Positions 29,858 to 38,670 of a stretch of DNA of 64,000 nt are shown here, in pieces. Positions within the stretch are counted from its first letter, which is position 1, and every line of letters starts with the position of its first letter. The stretch is taken from positions 1-64,000 of the forward strand of contig JAFGSQ010000007.1 in the NCBI GenBank assembly GCA_016934535.1, given 5' to 3'. The translations under genes were made by a program, and so were the position numbers. This stretch comes from a candidate division WOR-3 bacterium. GTDB lineage: Bacteria; SDB-A. The notes under the pieces were generated by a model. That model did not search any database. It worked only from the letters and a program-made list of their open reading frames with translations, and had not been told where the DNA came from.

Positions 29858-30863
29858 TTCCGTTGACTTCGGCGAAATTGAAGAGGCTTTTGAACTCGGT
29901 ATCCTTAAAGGGCTTACGACAACACCGACTTTCATGCACAGGAAAGGCATTACCGACATCAACGGAGCGATAGTGAAGCTGTCCGGAATGGTTCCTGAAC
30001 TGCACGTTGAAGCTTTGGGAGAAAATTGCGATCAGATTGTTTCCAAAGCTCACGAATTGTTGTCCCTTCCGCTCAAAAACAAACCGGTATTCAAGGTCCC
30101 GATTTCAAATCATTCTATCAAAGCCTGCACCAGACTTGTTTCTGAAGGGAATCTTGTAAACATCCACCTGGTCTACACCCTCAACCAGGGTTATCTGGCG
30201 ATGGAAGCAGGAGCGTCATACGTGTGTCCTCTCGTAGGAAGGCTTCACGACCAGGGACACGACGCCATGCAGTTAGTGAGTGACTTGGTTGAGACGACCG
30301 ATAAGTACGGATACGACACTCAGATTATGGTGTCTTCGGTCAGGCATTCCGAACATGTAAGACAGGCTCTTTTAGCCGGCGCGCACGCATGCACAATACC
30401 TTTTTCGGTTTTGATGAAACTGTGCGACAATTCTCTGACGTCGGAGGGCACTACAAAGTTTTTTGAACACACGAAACTGATGACGTTGAAGGTAAGGGAT
30501 GTCGTCAGAAAATACAATCCCGTCTGCGCAAAAGACGAAACGTTGCTTGACGCCTTGATGAAAATGACTGAATCGAGACTGGGAGCCGTGTCCATAGTCA
30601 ATGAAAAAGGAGCTCTAACGGGCGTGTTCACCGACGGCGATCTGAGAAGGCATTTCGGGGAAAAAGGGAAGACAATCGTAAATTGCAAAATGTCGGATTT
30701 TAAGTATTCTCAGCCGGCAACCATTTCAGCGGATGCGCTCTTGTGTGAGGCCGTCAATTTTTTTTCACGCCACGAATACGACAATCTGATAGTCGTCGAG
30801 AACGATTCCCCGGTGGGTATTCTCGACATTCAGGATCTGGTCAAACTCGGTCTCGTGGGCTGA
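29841..30863 (+). CDS. Transaldolase/fructose-6-phosphate aldolase-family domain fused to a tandem CBS pair
   Basis: IFLDS, GLTTTP, Schiff-base VFKVP, AGASYVCPLVGRL, SSVRH, GAHACTIP; the C-terminal GVFTDGDLRR...GILDIQDLVKLG matches KdsD/GutQ-type CBS domains. Confidence 0.88.
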   Translation: MRIFLDSVDFGEIEEAFELGILKGLTTTPTFMHRKGITDINGAIVKLSGMVPELHVEALGENCDQIVSKAHELLSLPLKNKPVFKVPISNHSIKACTRLVSEGNLVNIHLVYTLNQGYLAMEAGASYVCPLVGRLHDQGHDAMQLVSDLVETTDKYGYDTQIMVSSVRHSEHVRQALLAGAHACTIPFSVLMKLCDNSLTSEGTTKFFEHTKLMTLKVRDVVRKYNPVCAKDETLLDALMKMTESRLGAVSIVNEKGALTGVFTDGDLRRHFGEKGKTIVNCKMSDFKYSQPATISADALLCEAVNFFSRHEYDNLIVVENDSPVGILDIQDLVKLGLVG

Positions 30864-30879
30864 AAAACAGTCATTACTG

Positions 30880-31653
30880 TCACTGATCGAAGTTATGCAA
30901 GTCCTGATAGAAATCTTCGTTCATAAAACTGTCTGTGACGGATAAAAAGAAGTCATTTTTGTATATGAGAGGAGATATGAACTCCGCCCACTTGGCAAAA
31001 CCGCTTTGTGACAGGTGAAGGCCGTCGAACGAGAATTCAGCTTTAAGTCTTCCTGCCGAATCTTTGAATTCGGAGTTAAGGTCTATGTATCTGATGAAAT
31101 ATGAAAACGATTTTTCGTCTACAATGATCTGTAAAAGCGAATTCAGGGAATCCACGGAAAGATTGAGTCTTGTGTAATCGCCTGTTACCGGTAAAACACT
31201 CTGTACGTATAGCTCTACCATTGGAAGTGAGTCAAAGATCGCGTCAAGGAGAGCTGAATATCCTGCAGCAATGCCTGCGGCCGGACGGCTTCCTATATCG
31301 TTTATTCCTATCATGATGAAAATCGCCAGAGGATCGAGATCGAAACATGATTCCTTAAGCCTTTTAGTAACTCCTGCGCAGTCATGAATGCCTATTTGAT
31401 CCCCGACTATGCCGCGGTTATATACCAAAACTCCCGGAAAAAATTTATCGACTGCGAAGCCCTGAGTGATTGAATTGCCTATAAAAACAATCCCGCCCGG
31501 AAAGGCGTTTTCGTTTTCAGTTCTGAAAAAAGTCAATCTTGACTGATAATTCTCGTAGAAAGCTTCGTTGAAATATTTTATGTTGTTTTCGTCTATGTAT
31601 ACTCCGGGTAGTTCAAAAACGGTCAGCAGAAAAAAAGTCAGAAAGAGAGCCAT
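30880..31653 (-). CDS. GDSL/SGNH hydrolase
   Basis: FIGNSIT, NRGIVGD, IGIND, DGLHL blocks; N-terminal hydrophobic segment. Confidence 0.88.
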   Translation of the reverse strand: MALFLTFFLLTVFELPGVYIDENNIKYFNEAFYENYQSRLTFFRTENENAFPGGIVFIGNSITQGFAVDKFFPGVLVYNRGIVGDQIGIHDCAGVTKRLKESCFDLDPLAIFIMIGINDIGSRPAAGIAAGYSALLDAIFDSLPMVELYVQSVLPVTGDYTRLNLSVDSLNSLLQIIVDEKSFSYFIRYIDLNSEFKDSAGRLKAEFSFDGLHLSQSGFAKWAEFISPLIYKNDFFLSVTDSFMNEDFYQDLHNFDQ

Positions 31654-32660
31654 TTTTTGACTTCGGGGGCGAGAGAAGTGAATTTTTCCGTCAAATCTGT
31701 TATCTGCTTTTCGAATTTCACTGACGGATTGTTGTCGTTTCTGTATCTTTTAAAAGAAAGTTCGGAAGCCGCTTGAAAAAACCTGTCGAGTTTTTTGTTT
31801 TCTTTTCTCCCACCTTTTTTCAGGGCTCTCAATCTCGATGAAGACCTTTTTTGTGCGGATGCTATCACGGCGAGGTTCTCTTCGCTTATTAGTCCTGATA
31901 AAACTTCCGGTTTCAGATATTTCTCTATCCATTTGCTTTCCTTTCTCAGAACAAGTGTCAGTACTATAAGAAGCAGGATCACTCCCCCGAAATTGAAAAA
32001 GACGTCAAGAAGAAATGATAGGCAGTAAGTATGAGGGGCGAATATCATGCAGGTATTGTGAAGCCCATGCAGGAAAACCGCAAGAAACCAGGAGAGAGTG
32101 ACAAGGGCGATCCCCTTGAGAACTTTTCTGGATAAAAGTGCTTTTCCGAAAGCAAAACCGATTATGGATGACCAGAAGGCGTGATTTGAACCGAAAATAA
32201 AGCTTCTGAAAAAAACGTTGGCGTAACCCGAGACGATCCCTTCGCTGAATGTGCCCATGAAATAAAAAACGTCTTCCGTGAAAGCGAAACCAAAACCTAC
32301 CATGGCGCCGTATATGGCTCCATCGAGTTCGTTGTCAATGTGTTTTCGAAAAAAAAGAAAAAGAAAAACCATGAAAAAACCTTTCACGGTCTCTTCAACA
32401 AACGGGGCGCTTAATCCAACGGAAAAAAAGGACTGAGCAATCTCACCTTGGGCGGCATATGAAGCAGTATCTGATAAAGCCGATTCGAGTACAAGGGATA
32501 TTACTACAGCGGGTATCAGTCCCCAGAAGAAAGCAAACACGAGAAGAGATGCCGGTTCCTTTTCGTATCTGTCGAGCCATAGAAGAAAAGATATGAAAAC
32601 AACGGTTGAAAATATAATGCCGCCGATGCCGGCTGAAAAATTGAGAACTATTTGCGTAAT
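31638..32660 (-). CDS. PrsW-family intramembrane metalloprotease
   Basis: WLDRYEKEP, APFVEETVKG, GFGFAFTED, HAFWS, LHGLHN. The frame is open upstream of the track start (32540); probable ATT start at 32660. Confidence 0.88.
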   Translation of the reverse strand: MTQIVLNFSAGIGGIIFSTVVFISFLLWLDRYEKEPASLLVFAFFWGLIPAVVISLVLESALSDTASYAAQGEIAQSFFSVGLSAPFVEETVKGFFMVFLFLFFRKHIDNELDGAIYGAMVGFGFAFTEDVFYFMGTFSEGIVSGYANVFFRSFIFGSNHAFWSSIIGFAFGKALLSRKVLKGIALVTLSWFLAVFLHGLHNTCMIFAPHTYCLSFLLDVFFNFGGVILLLIVLTLVLRKESKWIEKYLKPEVLSGLISEENLAVIASAQKRSSSRLRALKKGGRKENKKLDRFFQAASELSFKRYRNDNNPSVKFEKQITDLTEKFTSLAPEVKKWLSF

Positions 32661-32839
32661 TCTGCCCCTGAGTCCGGTAAAACCGACGGATACTTTTCAG
32701 ATTTCATAAATTCATTATACAATATTTTACGCTGGATTCAATATGTTGTATTTCTTTCTCTTGTCATGTCATCGGAAAGTGTTAAAATCTAAAAAAGTGA
32801 CGTCTGAAAATTCAAGTACCATGATTTGAGAGGAAAAGA

Positions 32840-35005
32840 TTGACTGTTGGTAAAATGAAAAATGACTTTGGCTTCAGGACAAAGGCCATGTTTTTTGCCT
32901 TGCTGTTCCTTGCCGTCTCAGCCTCTTACATACCGTCCCTTTTCAATTCTTTATGCTACGACGACGTAGATTTAATTGAAAAAAATGCGCTGGTTCAAAA
33001 CGGCGATTTCACAGGAATTTTCTTGAAAGACCTTTTTAACGTTACAAGAGGTGAGTCGCCATATTACAGACCGATAATACCGGCGATTTTTGCCGCCGAG
33101 ACATTTTTGTGGAAGAAGAATTGGGCGTTTTTTCATTTAGACAATATCGTTTTCCATTTTATTGCGTCACTGCTTCTTTATAAACTTGTTCGAAAAATAT
33201 TGTCGCAAAATCCGACGGGTAAGAGCAAGGGCGTTTTTTTTCAAATGAAAAAACCGAAAGACGCCAAAAGACTTTTTTTGTGGAGTCTGGCAGCCGGTTT
33301 TTTTTTCGCGCTTCACCCTGCCAACTCTCAAACCGTCTATTGGCTTTCGGCCAGAGGTGATCTTTTTGTCGCAATAGCTGTTTTGTCAGGATGTCTCGCT
33401 TTGAGCTGTGACAGAAAGCTGTCCTACGGCGTAATGCCACTTTCATTTTTTCTGGCTGTTTTCAGCAAGGAAACAGGTTTTTTGCTGCTGCCGATTGCCG
33501 CTGTTTTTTATCTGCTGTTCTTGCGCAAAGAAATTCCGCTGAAAAGAGCGCTTTTGCACATTGTTTTTATATTGCCTGTTTTAGCACTATACTTGACTCT
33601 GCGCCTGAAAGCCGTTTCTGTTTCACCTTTTGCGCAGGTGGACGAAAGTTTCTGGATGCCGAAAGACGGTTTATTTAAGCTTTATCTGACGTTGCCTTCG
33701 ATTTGGGGATATTACGCGCTGAGAGCCGTGTTCCCCTATTTTCTGAATTTCGAAACCGGCATTCACCTGTTTCGTTCGTTTTTAAACCTGCAATTTCTTC
33801 TTGGGATTCTTTCAGTCGCAGTTTCAGCCCTATCGCTGTTCATTTTCAGAAAAAGCAGGATTTTTTTGTGGGCTTTTCTGGTCTGGTCCATAAGCCTTTT
33901 TCCCGTGCTCAATCTTATACCGGTGTTCGAATCCGGAATGGAGCATTACTTGTACATGCCTCTTGCGGGGGTGTCTGTTTTGTCACCTTTCGTTTTCATG
34001 AAAAACAGAATTTCGAAATTGGTTTTTATTGCAGTGCTGATGTCTTTCTGCACAGCTGTGTTTTTGAGGGGAAAAGTGTGGAAAGACAATTATTCGCTTT
34101 TCACGGATGCCGCCAGGAAAACAGGCGAAAACTGCAGACAGGGATGGATACGATCCAGAAGCAACCTGGGGACAGCCTGTCTCAACAGAGCGGTTGAGGG
34201 CGTGGAAACCGAAGAGAATCTGAGAAAAGCGGATTCGCTCTACAGTGAGGTGATAAAAAAACATCCCTATTACGGTGGTGCTTACATCGGAAGAGGAGAC
34301 GTGTTTTTCGTATCGGAGGATTATGAAAAGGCCGGTGATCTTTATAAGGAAGCACTCGAAAAGTATCCTTCCAATTATTTCCTCATAAACAAACTCGGAA
34401 TAACATACTCGTGCCTGAAGGATTATTCTCAGGCAAAATTGCTATTCATCAAAGCCGTTGGGATGAATCGGGATTTTACGGACGCCGCAGTCAATCTGGC
34501 AAAAATATATTTTATCGAAGGTGACATTGATAAGACCTCGGACCTAATAGGAGGCTTGAAAGAAACACCCGGAACCGTTCTCCTCATCAGAGCTTTGAGA
34601 ATATCCATCGAAGCATGCCGGGGAAGAATTCAAACGACCGGATCTGCAGAAGAAATTATTACTGCGATAGAAATACTCGGAGAAGCCGGTCATTTCGTGG
34701 AAAAGAAACGGCTCGCTGAATCTCATTGCGCCTCATCTCCATCCGACTCCGACGCTCTTTACAATCTTTCTCTTATATATCTTTCTGATTTCGGAGACAT
34801 GAAATCCGGATACACCGCCCTCACGGAAGGAGTTTCTAGATTTCCCGGAGATGTCAGATTTATGAGAGAGCTTGCCGTATATCACATTTTGACCGGAGAC
34901 AGCATACAGGCGGCTTATTATTTCCGGAAGGTATTGGACCTTAATCCCTCCCATCCCGAGGCACCGAAAATGAGAGAATTTATTGAGAAAACTTCGAACC
35001 GTTAG
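32840..35005 (+). CDS. TMTC-like GT-C membrane glycosyltransferase with C-terminal TPRs
   Basis: YDD..LI..N, YYRP, FALHPA..QTVYW.S.R.DL, SKETG, EHYLYMP, W.DN.SLF, followed by TPRs. Confidence 0.82.
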   Translation: MTVGKMKNDFGFRTKAMFFALLFLAVSASYIPSLFNSLCYDDVDLIEKNALVQNGDFTGIFLKDLFNVTRGESPYYRPIIPAIFAAETFLWKKNWAFFHLDNIVFHFIASLLLYKLVRKILSQNPTGKSKGVFFQMKKPKDAKRLFLWSLAAGFFFALHPANSQTVYWLSARGDLFVAIAVLSGCLALSCDRKLSYGVMPLSFFLAVFSKETGFLLLPIAAVFYLLFLRKEIPLKRALLHIVFILPVLALYLTLRLKAVSVSPFAQVDESFWMPKDGLFKLYLTLPSIWGYYALRAVFPYFLNFETGIHLFRSFLNLQFLLGILSVAVSALSLFIFRKSRIFLWAFLVWSISLFPVLNLIPVFESGMEHYLYMPLAGVSVLSPFVFMKNRISKLVFIAVLMSFCTAVFLRGKVWKDNYSLFTDAARKTGENCRQGWIRSRSNLGTACLNRAVEGVETEENLRKADSLYSEVIKKHPYYGGAYIGRGDVFFVSEDYEKAGDLYKEALEKYPSNYFLINKLGITYSCLKDYSQAKLLFIKAVGMNRDFTDAAVNLAKIYFIEGDIDKTSDLIGGLKETPGTVLLIRALRISIEACRGRIQTTGSAEEIITAIEILGEAGHFVEKKRLAESHCASSPSDSDALYNLSLIYLSDFGDMKSGYTALTEGVSRFPGDVRFMRELAVYHILTGDSIQAAYYFRKVLDLNPSHPEAPKMREFIEKTSNR

Positions 35006-35017
35006 AATGTCACTGAT

Positions 35018-35728
35018 TTATTTTTTTAAAATCCTCAGGAAGCTGTCAGTAGACAAATTCTTTCTTTTGATCAAAACTTTGTCTGTTTCGCATCCTTTTG
35101 AACGGAAAATATTTTCAATGCGGAACACCTCTTCTTCACTGAAACTGTGACAAAATCTCATCGCGTCACTTTTTCCCCAATCCAGCAGAAAGTCCCTTGG
35201 CCGGCATTTGTCGGGAATCCGGTTTTTTTTCTGATCCGGGATTTTGTCGAAATTCCAGAGAGAGATCAGTGCTCCGGCTCCTTTTCCGAGCAAATCACAA
35301 ATTCCTTCAGCTATTCTTTCTCTCTCTGTTGCATCAGGTATGTGATGAAAAAGTCCGACGGCAGCGACAAAAAAGCAAGAGCGGCCTATTGTACTCAGAA
35401 TGTCCCCTGTTATTCGGGCGTTGACTAAATAAACTTCAGAATAGCTTTGGAAGCGAGCTCGCGCAATCTTGAGCATTTCGAGGCTTTGGTCAATCCCAAA
35501 GTACATAACGTCCTTGCGGCAAAATCTATTCATGAAAAATTTAATGAACCTGCCGTCACCGCAGCCGAGATCAAGAAGTCCGCTATAATCGTTGTCAAGA
35601 AAACCGTCCTTAAAAACAGAGTCCCAAGCAGAATCGTATCCGTTTCTGGATGAGGAAAATGAGAGAGCGTTCACGTCGTAAAATGTTCTGTTAATCAGAC
35701 AATATTTGTCTTTTTGTCTAGATTTCAT
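35018..35728 (-). CDS. Class I SAM methyltransferase, Trm9/ALKBH8-like
   Basis: FY...A.SFS.SR, LDLGCGDGR, GIDQSLEML, LFHHIP...R, LISLW.F, DFLLDW...RFCHSFSEEE. Confidence 0.78.
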   Translation of the reverse strand: MKSRQKDKYCLINRTFYDVNALSFSSSRNGYDSAWDSVFKDGFLDNDYSGLLDLGCGDGRFIKFFMNRFCRKDVMYFGIDQSLEMLKIARARFQSYSEVYLVNARITGDILSTIGRSCFFVAAVGLFHHIPDATERERIAEGICDLLGKGAGALISLWNFDKIPDQKKNRIPDKCRPRDFLLDWGKSDAMRFCHSFSEEEVFRIENIFRSKGCETDKVLIKRKNLSTDSFLRILKK

Positions 35729-35740
35729 AAAAAACCCGAT

Positions 35741-35776
35741 TCTGTGATAAGTTCACAGTCTGTGATAAACTCACAG
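35741..35776. repeat. Tandem 18-bp direct repeat, each unit a TGTGA-N5-TCACA palindrome
   Basis: TCTGTGATAAGTTCACAG followed directly by TCTGTGATAAACTCACAG, filling most of the 49-bp divergent gap. Confidence 0.9.
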
Positions 35777-35777
35777 A

Positions 35778-37433
35778 ATGAAAACTGAAGAACAAATTAA
35801 AAAGCATCTTCTTTCGTCGATAGTCATTGCTCTGTGCTATAAAACTCCGGAATCCGACAAGGCATTAAGGAAAATACTACGCAAGTTTCCAAAAGACGGC
35901 AAGAAGTTATTCTCGAAAGCGGAAATATTGAACCATTACAGAAAAATGATCAGTGAAGGTTCTATGGAAAGAAACGGGACGGCGGAAGATTTTCTCGTCA
36001 CTAAACCGACCAGAAGTGCTTCCGGGATTACCGCAGTGACAATAATGACAAAACCTTTTCCCTGCCCCGGCAGATGCGTATTTTGCCCTGACGAGAAAAA
36101 TATGCCCAAAAGCTACCTTTCTAGCGAGCCCGGTTCGATGCGGGCGCTTGAGAACTCTTTCGATCCATACAGGCAAGTGACAAGCCGACTGACTGCGCTT
36201 AGCAACACCGGACACAGTACTGAAAAATCCGAGATAATTGTTCTGGGCGGATCTTTCAGCCACTACGATGAGGCTTACAGAATTGAATTTACAAAAGGCA
36301 TCTATGCGGCTTTGAACGATTTCGAAACCGACGGCGGCTCATGCAGAAAAACCGGTGAAGACGATCGCGGACAGAGGAATGAGCTCTCGTCTCTTTTTAA
36401 CGAACAAAAAAAGAATGAAAATGCAAAGGCAAGATGTGTCGGTCTGTCATTCGAGACAAGAGCCGACATGATAAACGAGAATGAGATCATATTTTTGAGA
36501 AGACTAGGCTGTACAAAAATTCAATTGGGCGTCCAGTCTCTCGACGAAGACGTCTTGAATATGAGCGATGTGGGCATGAAGACTGAAGACATCATGAGGG
36601 CTTTTATTCTTTTAAGGTCAGCCGGATTCAAGATTCAGGCTCACGTCATGGTTAATTTACCTGGTTCGGATCCTGCAAAAGACATGGAAACATATAGAAA
36701 GCTTTTCAGAGCCCCCCTGTGTCCCGACGAGGTAAAAATATATCCCGTGGCAGTCGTAAAAAAAAGCCCTCTGTACAAGAGATTTGAGTCCGGAGAATTT
36801 AGCTACTATCCCATCGATACGCTTATCGATCTTCTATCTTGCATGCTTAAAGAAACTCCCCGGTATTGCCGGGTGACTAGAATTGTAAGAGACATCCCTT
36901 TGAATTCTACCGCAGGTGACGCTCCTTCGAACAATCTCAGAGAAACAGTTGAAAAAGCCGTAAAAAAATCGGAAGGAAATGACATAAATATAAGGAACCG
37001 CGAAATAAAAGGAGATAGCCTGACAGGCGATTTAACTTATGTGCAGACGATCTATGATTGCGGACCATTTCAGGAAAGATTTATCGAGTGCATTGACGAA
37101 AGAGAAAAACTCGCGGGTTTTCTGAGGCTGTCAATCCCGTCGCAATATCTCCGGTCGAAATCTGAAGAATCTGTAAGGTTCCCAAAAGAGTTATCCGGTT
37201 CAGCCCTGGTAAGAGAACTGCATGTCTATGGAAAGCCTGCGGCTATAGGCGAGAAAAACCCTAAGAGAACTCAGCACCGCGGCATAGGGACAAAACTGCT
37301 TCAAATCGCGACTGAAGAGTCCTATTCAACCGGATGCAGGGTGCTTTCTGTAATTTCTTCGGTAGGAACTAGGAATTACTACAGAAAACTCGGTTTTATG
37401 GACGGAGAAATGTATCAGCATCGTTTTCTATGA
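35778..37433 (+). CDS. elp3: Elp3-family tRNA uridine(34) acetyltransferase (radical SAM + GNAT)
   Basis: KPTRSASG, CPGRCVFCP, PKSY...EP, ETR.D, QLGVQS, KIYP, RIVRDIP, IRNRE, RELHVYG, QHRGIG, VIS.VG.RNYYRKLG. Confidence 0.93.
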   Translation: MKTEEQIKKHLLSSIVIALCYKTPESDKALRKILRKFPKDGKKLFSKAEILNHYRKMISEGSMERNGTAEDFLVTKPTRSASGITAVTIMTKPFPCPGRCVFCPDEKNMPKSYLSSEPGSMRALENSFDPYRQVTSRLTALSNTGHSTEKSEIIVLGGSFSHYDEAYRIEFTKGIYAALNDFETDGGSCRKTGEDDRGQRNELSSLFNEQKKNENAKARCVGLSFETRADMINENEIIFLRRLGCTKIQLGVQSLDEDVLNMSDVGMKTEDIMRAFILLRSAGFKIQAHVMVNLPGSDPAKDMETYRKLFRAPLCPDEVKIYPVAVVKKSPLYKRFESGEFSYYPIDTLIDLLSCMLKETPRYCRVTRIVRDIPLNSTAGDAPSNNLRETVEKAVKKSEGNDINIRNREIKGDSLTGDLTYVQTIYDCGPFQERFIECIDEREKLAGFLRLSIPSQYLRSKSEESVRFPKELSGSALVRELHVYGKPAAIGEKNPKRTQHRGIGTKLLQIATEESYSTGCRVLSVISSVGTRNYYRKLGFMDGEMYQHRFL

Positions 37434-37557
37434 ACCGCCTTAATCGGCAATGACTTTTCTACGGAAGCGAAAGGTCTTTGCACAAAATCAATGACTCTGT
37501 ACTTTATAAAATCGCTGAATTATAATCCAGCCCTGGTCTGAATAACAGAAAGGACGT

Positions 37558-38460
37558 TTGAATATTTTTAGTATTTTGTCTAGAATGATCCCGTACGTCG
37601 CGGCTTTTGGTCTGGGTTTTACGGCGAGAAAGCTGAGGTTGATCGGTGAAAAAGACGGAAACACGCTTCTGAGGATATATTTTTACTTCATTTTTCCTTT
37701 TCTGGTGTTCAGGATTCTTCACTCGGTCGAAATCGGACCGGATCAAATAGCATTGCCCTTCATCGCTTTTTCTCTTCTTATTGCATTGTTTGCAGCTTCT
37801 TTGTTTGTCTCGAAAAAACTTTCCAGGGAAAAATCGAAGAGAGTTTCGTTTGTTCTCGCCGTGTCGATAATGAATACAGGTTTTATTATGCCTTTCGTCA
37901 ATGAGTTCGCGGGAGAAACCGGTCTGGCGTCCCTGATGATATTCGATATAGGCAACATGGTTGTGATTGCGACATTTCTGTTCGCATTTTCCAGTTATTC
38001 AGCCACGAGATCTGCTGGCAAGACCTTCAAAAACATTCTTCTTTCTCCTCCCGTATGGGCCATAGTCGTTTCAGCCCTGGTGAACGCTTTCAACATCAAA
38101 CCGCCTGAGTTAGTACTTAACACGGCCATTTTTCTTGAAAAACCTGCCTTCCCTTTGGTGCTGTTTGCACTTGGTTCTCTTTTAGAATTCGAGATTTCGG
38201 ATATCAGAAACGTTTTGACGGCAGTGGCCATGAGGATGATAGCCGGAGGGATTTTAGGTCTGCTCATATTGTCGCTGATAAAGCTTCCGTCCAATGAAAG
38301 ACTCGTCGTCGTTCTCGCCGCAACTTCTCCGTGCGGTTTCAATTCGGTAGTTTACGCTTCACTGCACGGTCACGACGCTAAAAGCGCCGCGAGCACCGTA
38401 TCCTTGTCTCTTATAGTAAGTATATTGGCAATGCCTGTACTGCTGTTTTTCTTCATGTAA
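37558..38460 (+). CDS. AEC (auxin efflux carrier/malate permease) family transporter
   Basis: About 10 TM helices, NTGFI.P, SPP.WA, PLVLFALG, P.GFNS..YA; TTG start after AAGGA. Confidence 0.88.
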   Translation: MNIFSILSRMIPYVAAFGLGFTARKLRLIGEKDGNTLLRIYFYFIFPFLVFRILHSVEIGPDQIALPFIAFSLLIALFAASLFVSKKLSREKSKRVSFVLAVSIMNTGFIMPFVNEFAGETGLASLMIFDIGNMVVIATFLFAFSSYSATRSAGKTFKNILLSPPVWAIVVSALVNAFNIKPPELVLNTAIFLEKPAFPLVLFALGSLLEFEISDIRNVLTAVAMRMIAGGILGLLILSLIKLPSNERLVVVLAATSPCGFNSVVYASLHGHDAKSAASTVSLSLIVSILAMPVLLFFFM

Positions 38461-38464
38461 TAAG

Positions 38465-38507
38465 AAAAAAGCCATCCCTCTCAGAAGGGGGACTAAAGAG
38501 GGATGGC
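38465..38507 (-). terminator. Intrinsic terminator oriented for a minus-strand transcript
   Basis: GCCATCCCTCT / AGAGGGATGGC stem (38471-38481 and 38497-38507) with A6 on the + strand, which is U6 after the hairpin on the - strand. Confidence 0.7.
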
Positions 38508-38546
38508 GTAATCTTCTCTTTCCGGAGAAGATTGAAGGTGGTACAT
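38465..38546 (-). ncRNA. Candidate small RNA (two hairpins, intrinsic terminator)
   Basis: Minus-strand promoter TTGAAT-16-(TGC)TATCAT at 38579-38552; 9-bp hairpin with CGGAAA loop; 11-bp GC hairpin followed by U6. No annotated gene on that strand. Confidence 0.5.
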
Positions 38547-38670
38547 TTTCAATGATAGCAGATTTTTTGGAAAATTCAACAACAGGTTAGCGTTTTCAAC
38601 CCGATATCGTATACTTATGAGATGTCAAATATTATAATCCCGAAACTCACAAACGCCAGGTGTTTAGAAA

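Noticed and set aside
35741-35776. CRISPR mini-array or canonical CRP site
   Set aside because: Only two abutting 18-bp units with no spacer and no cas genes; the half-site spacing is 5, not the 6 of CRP.
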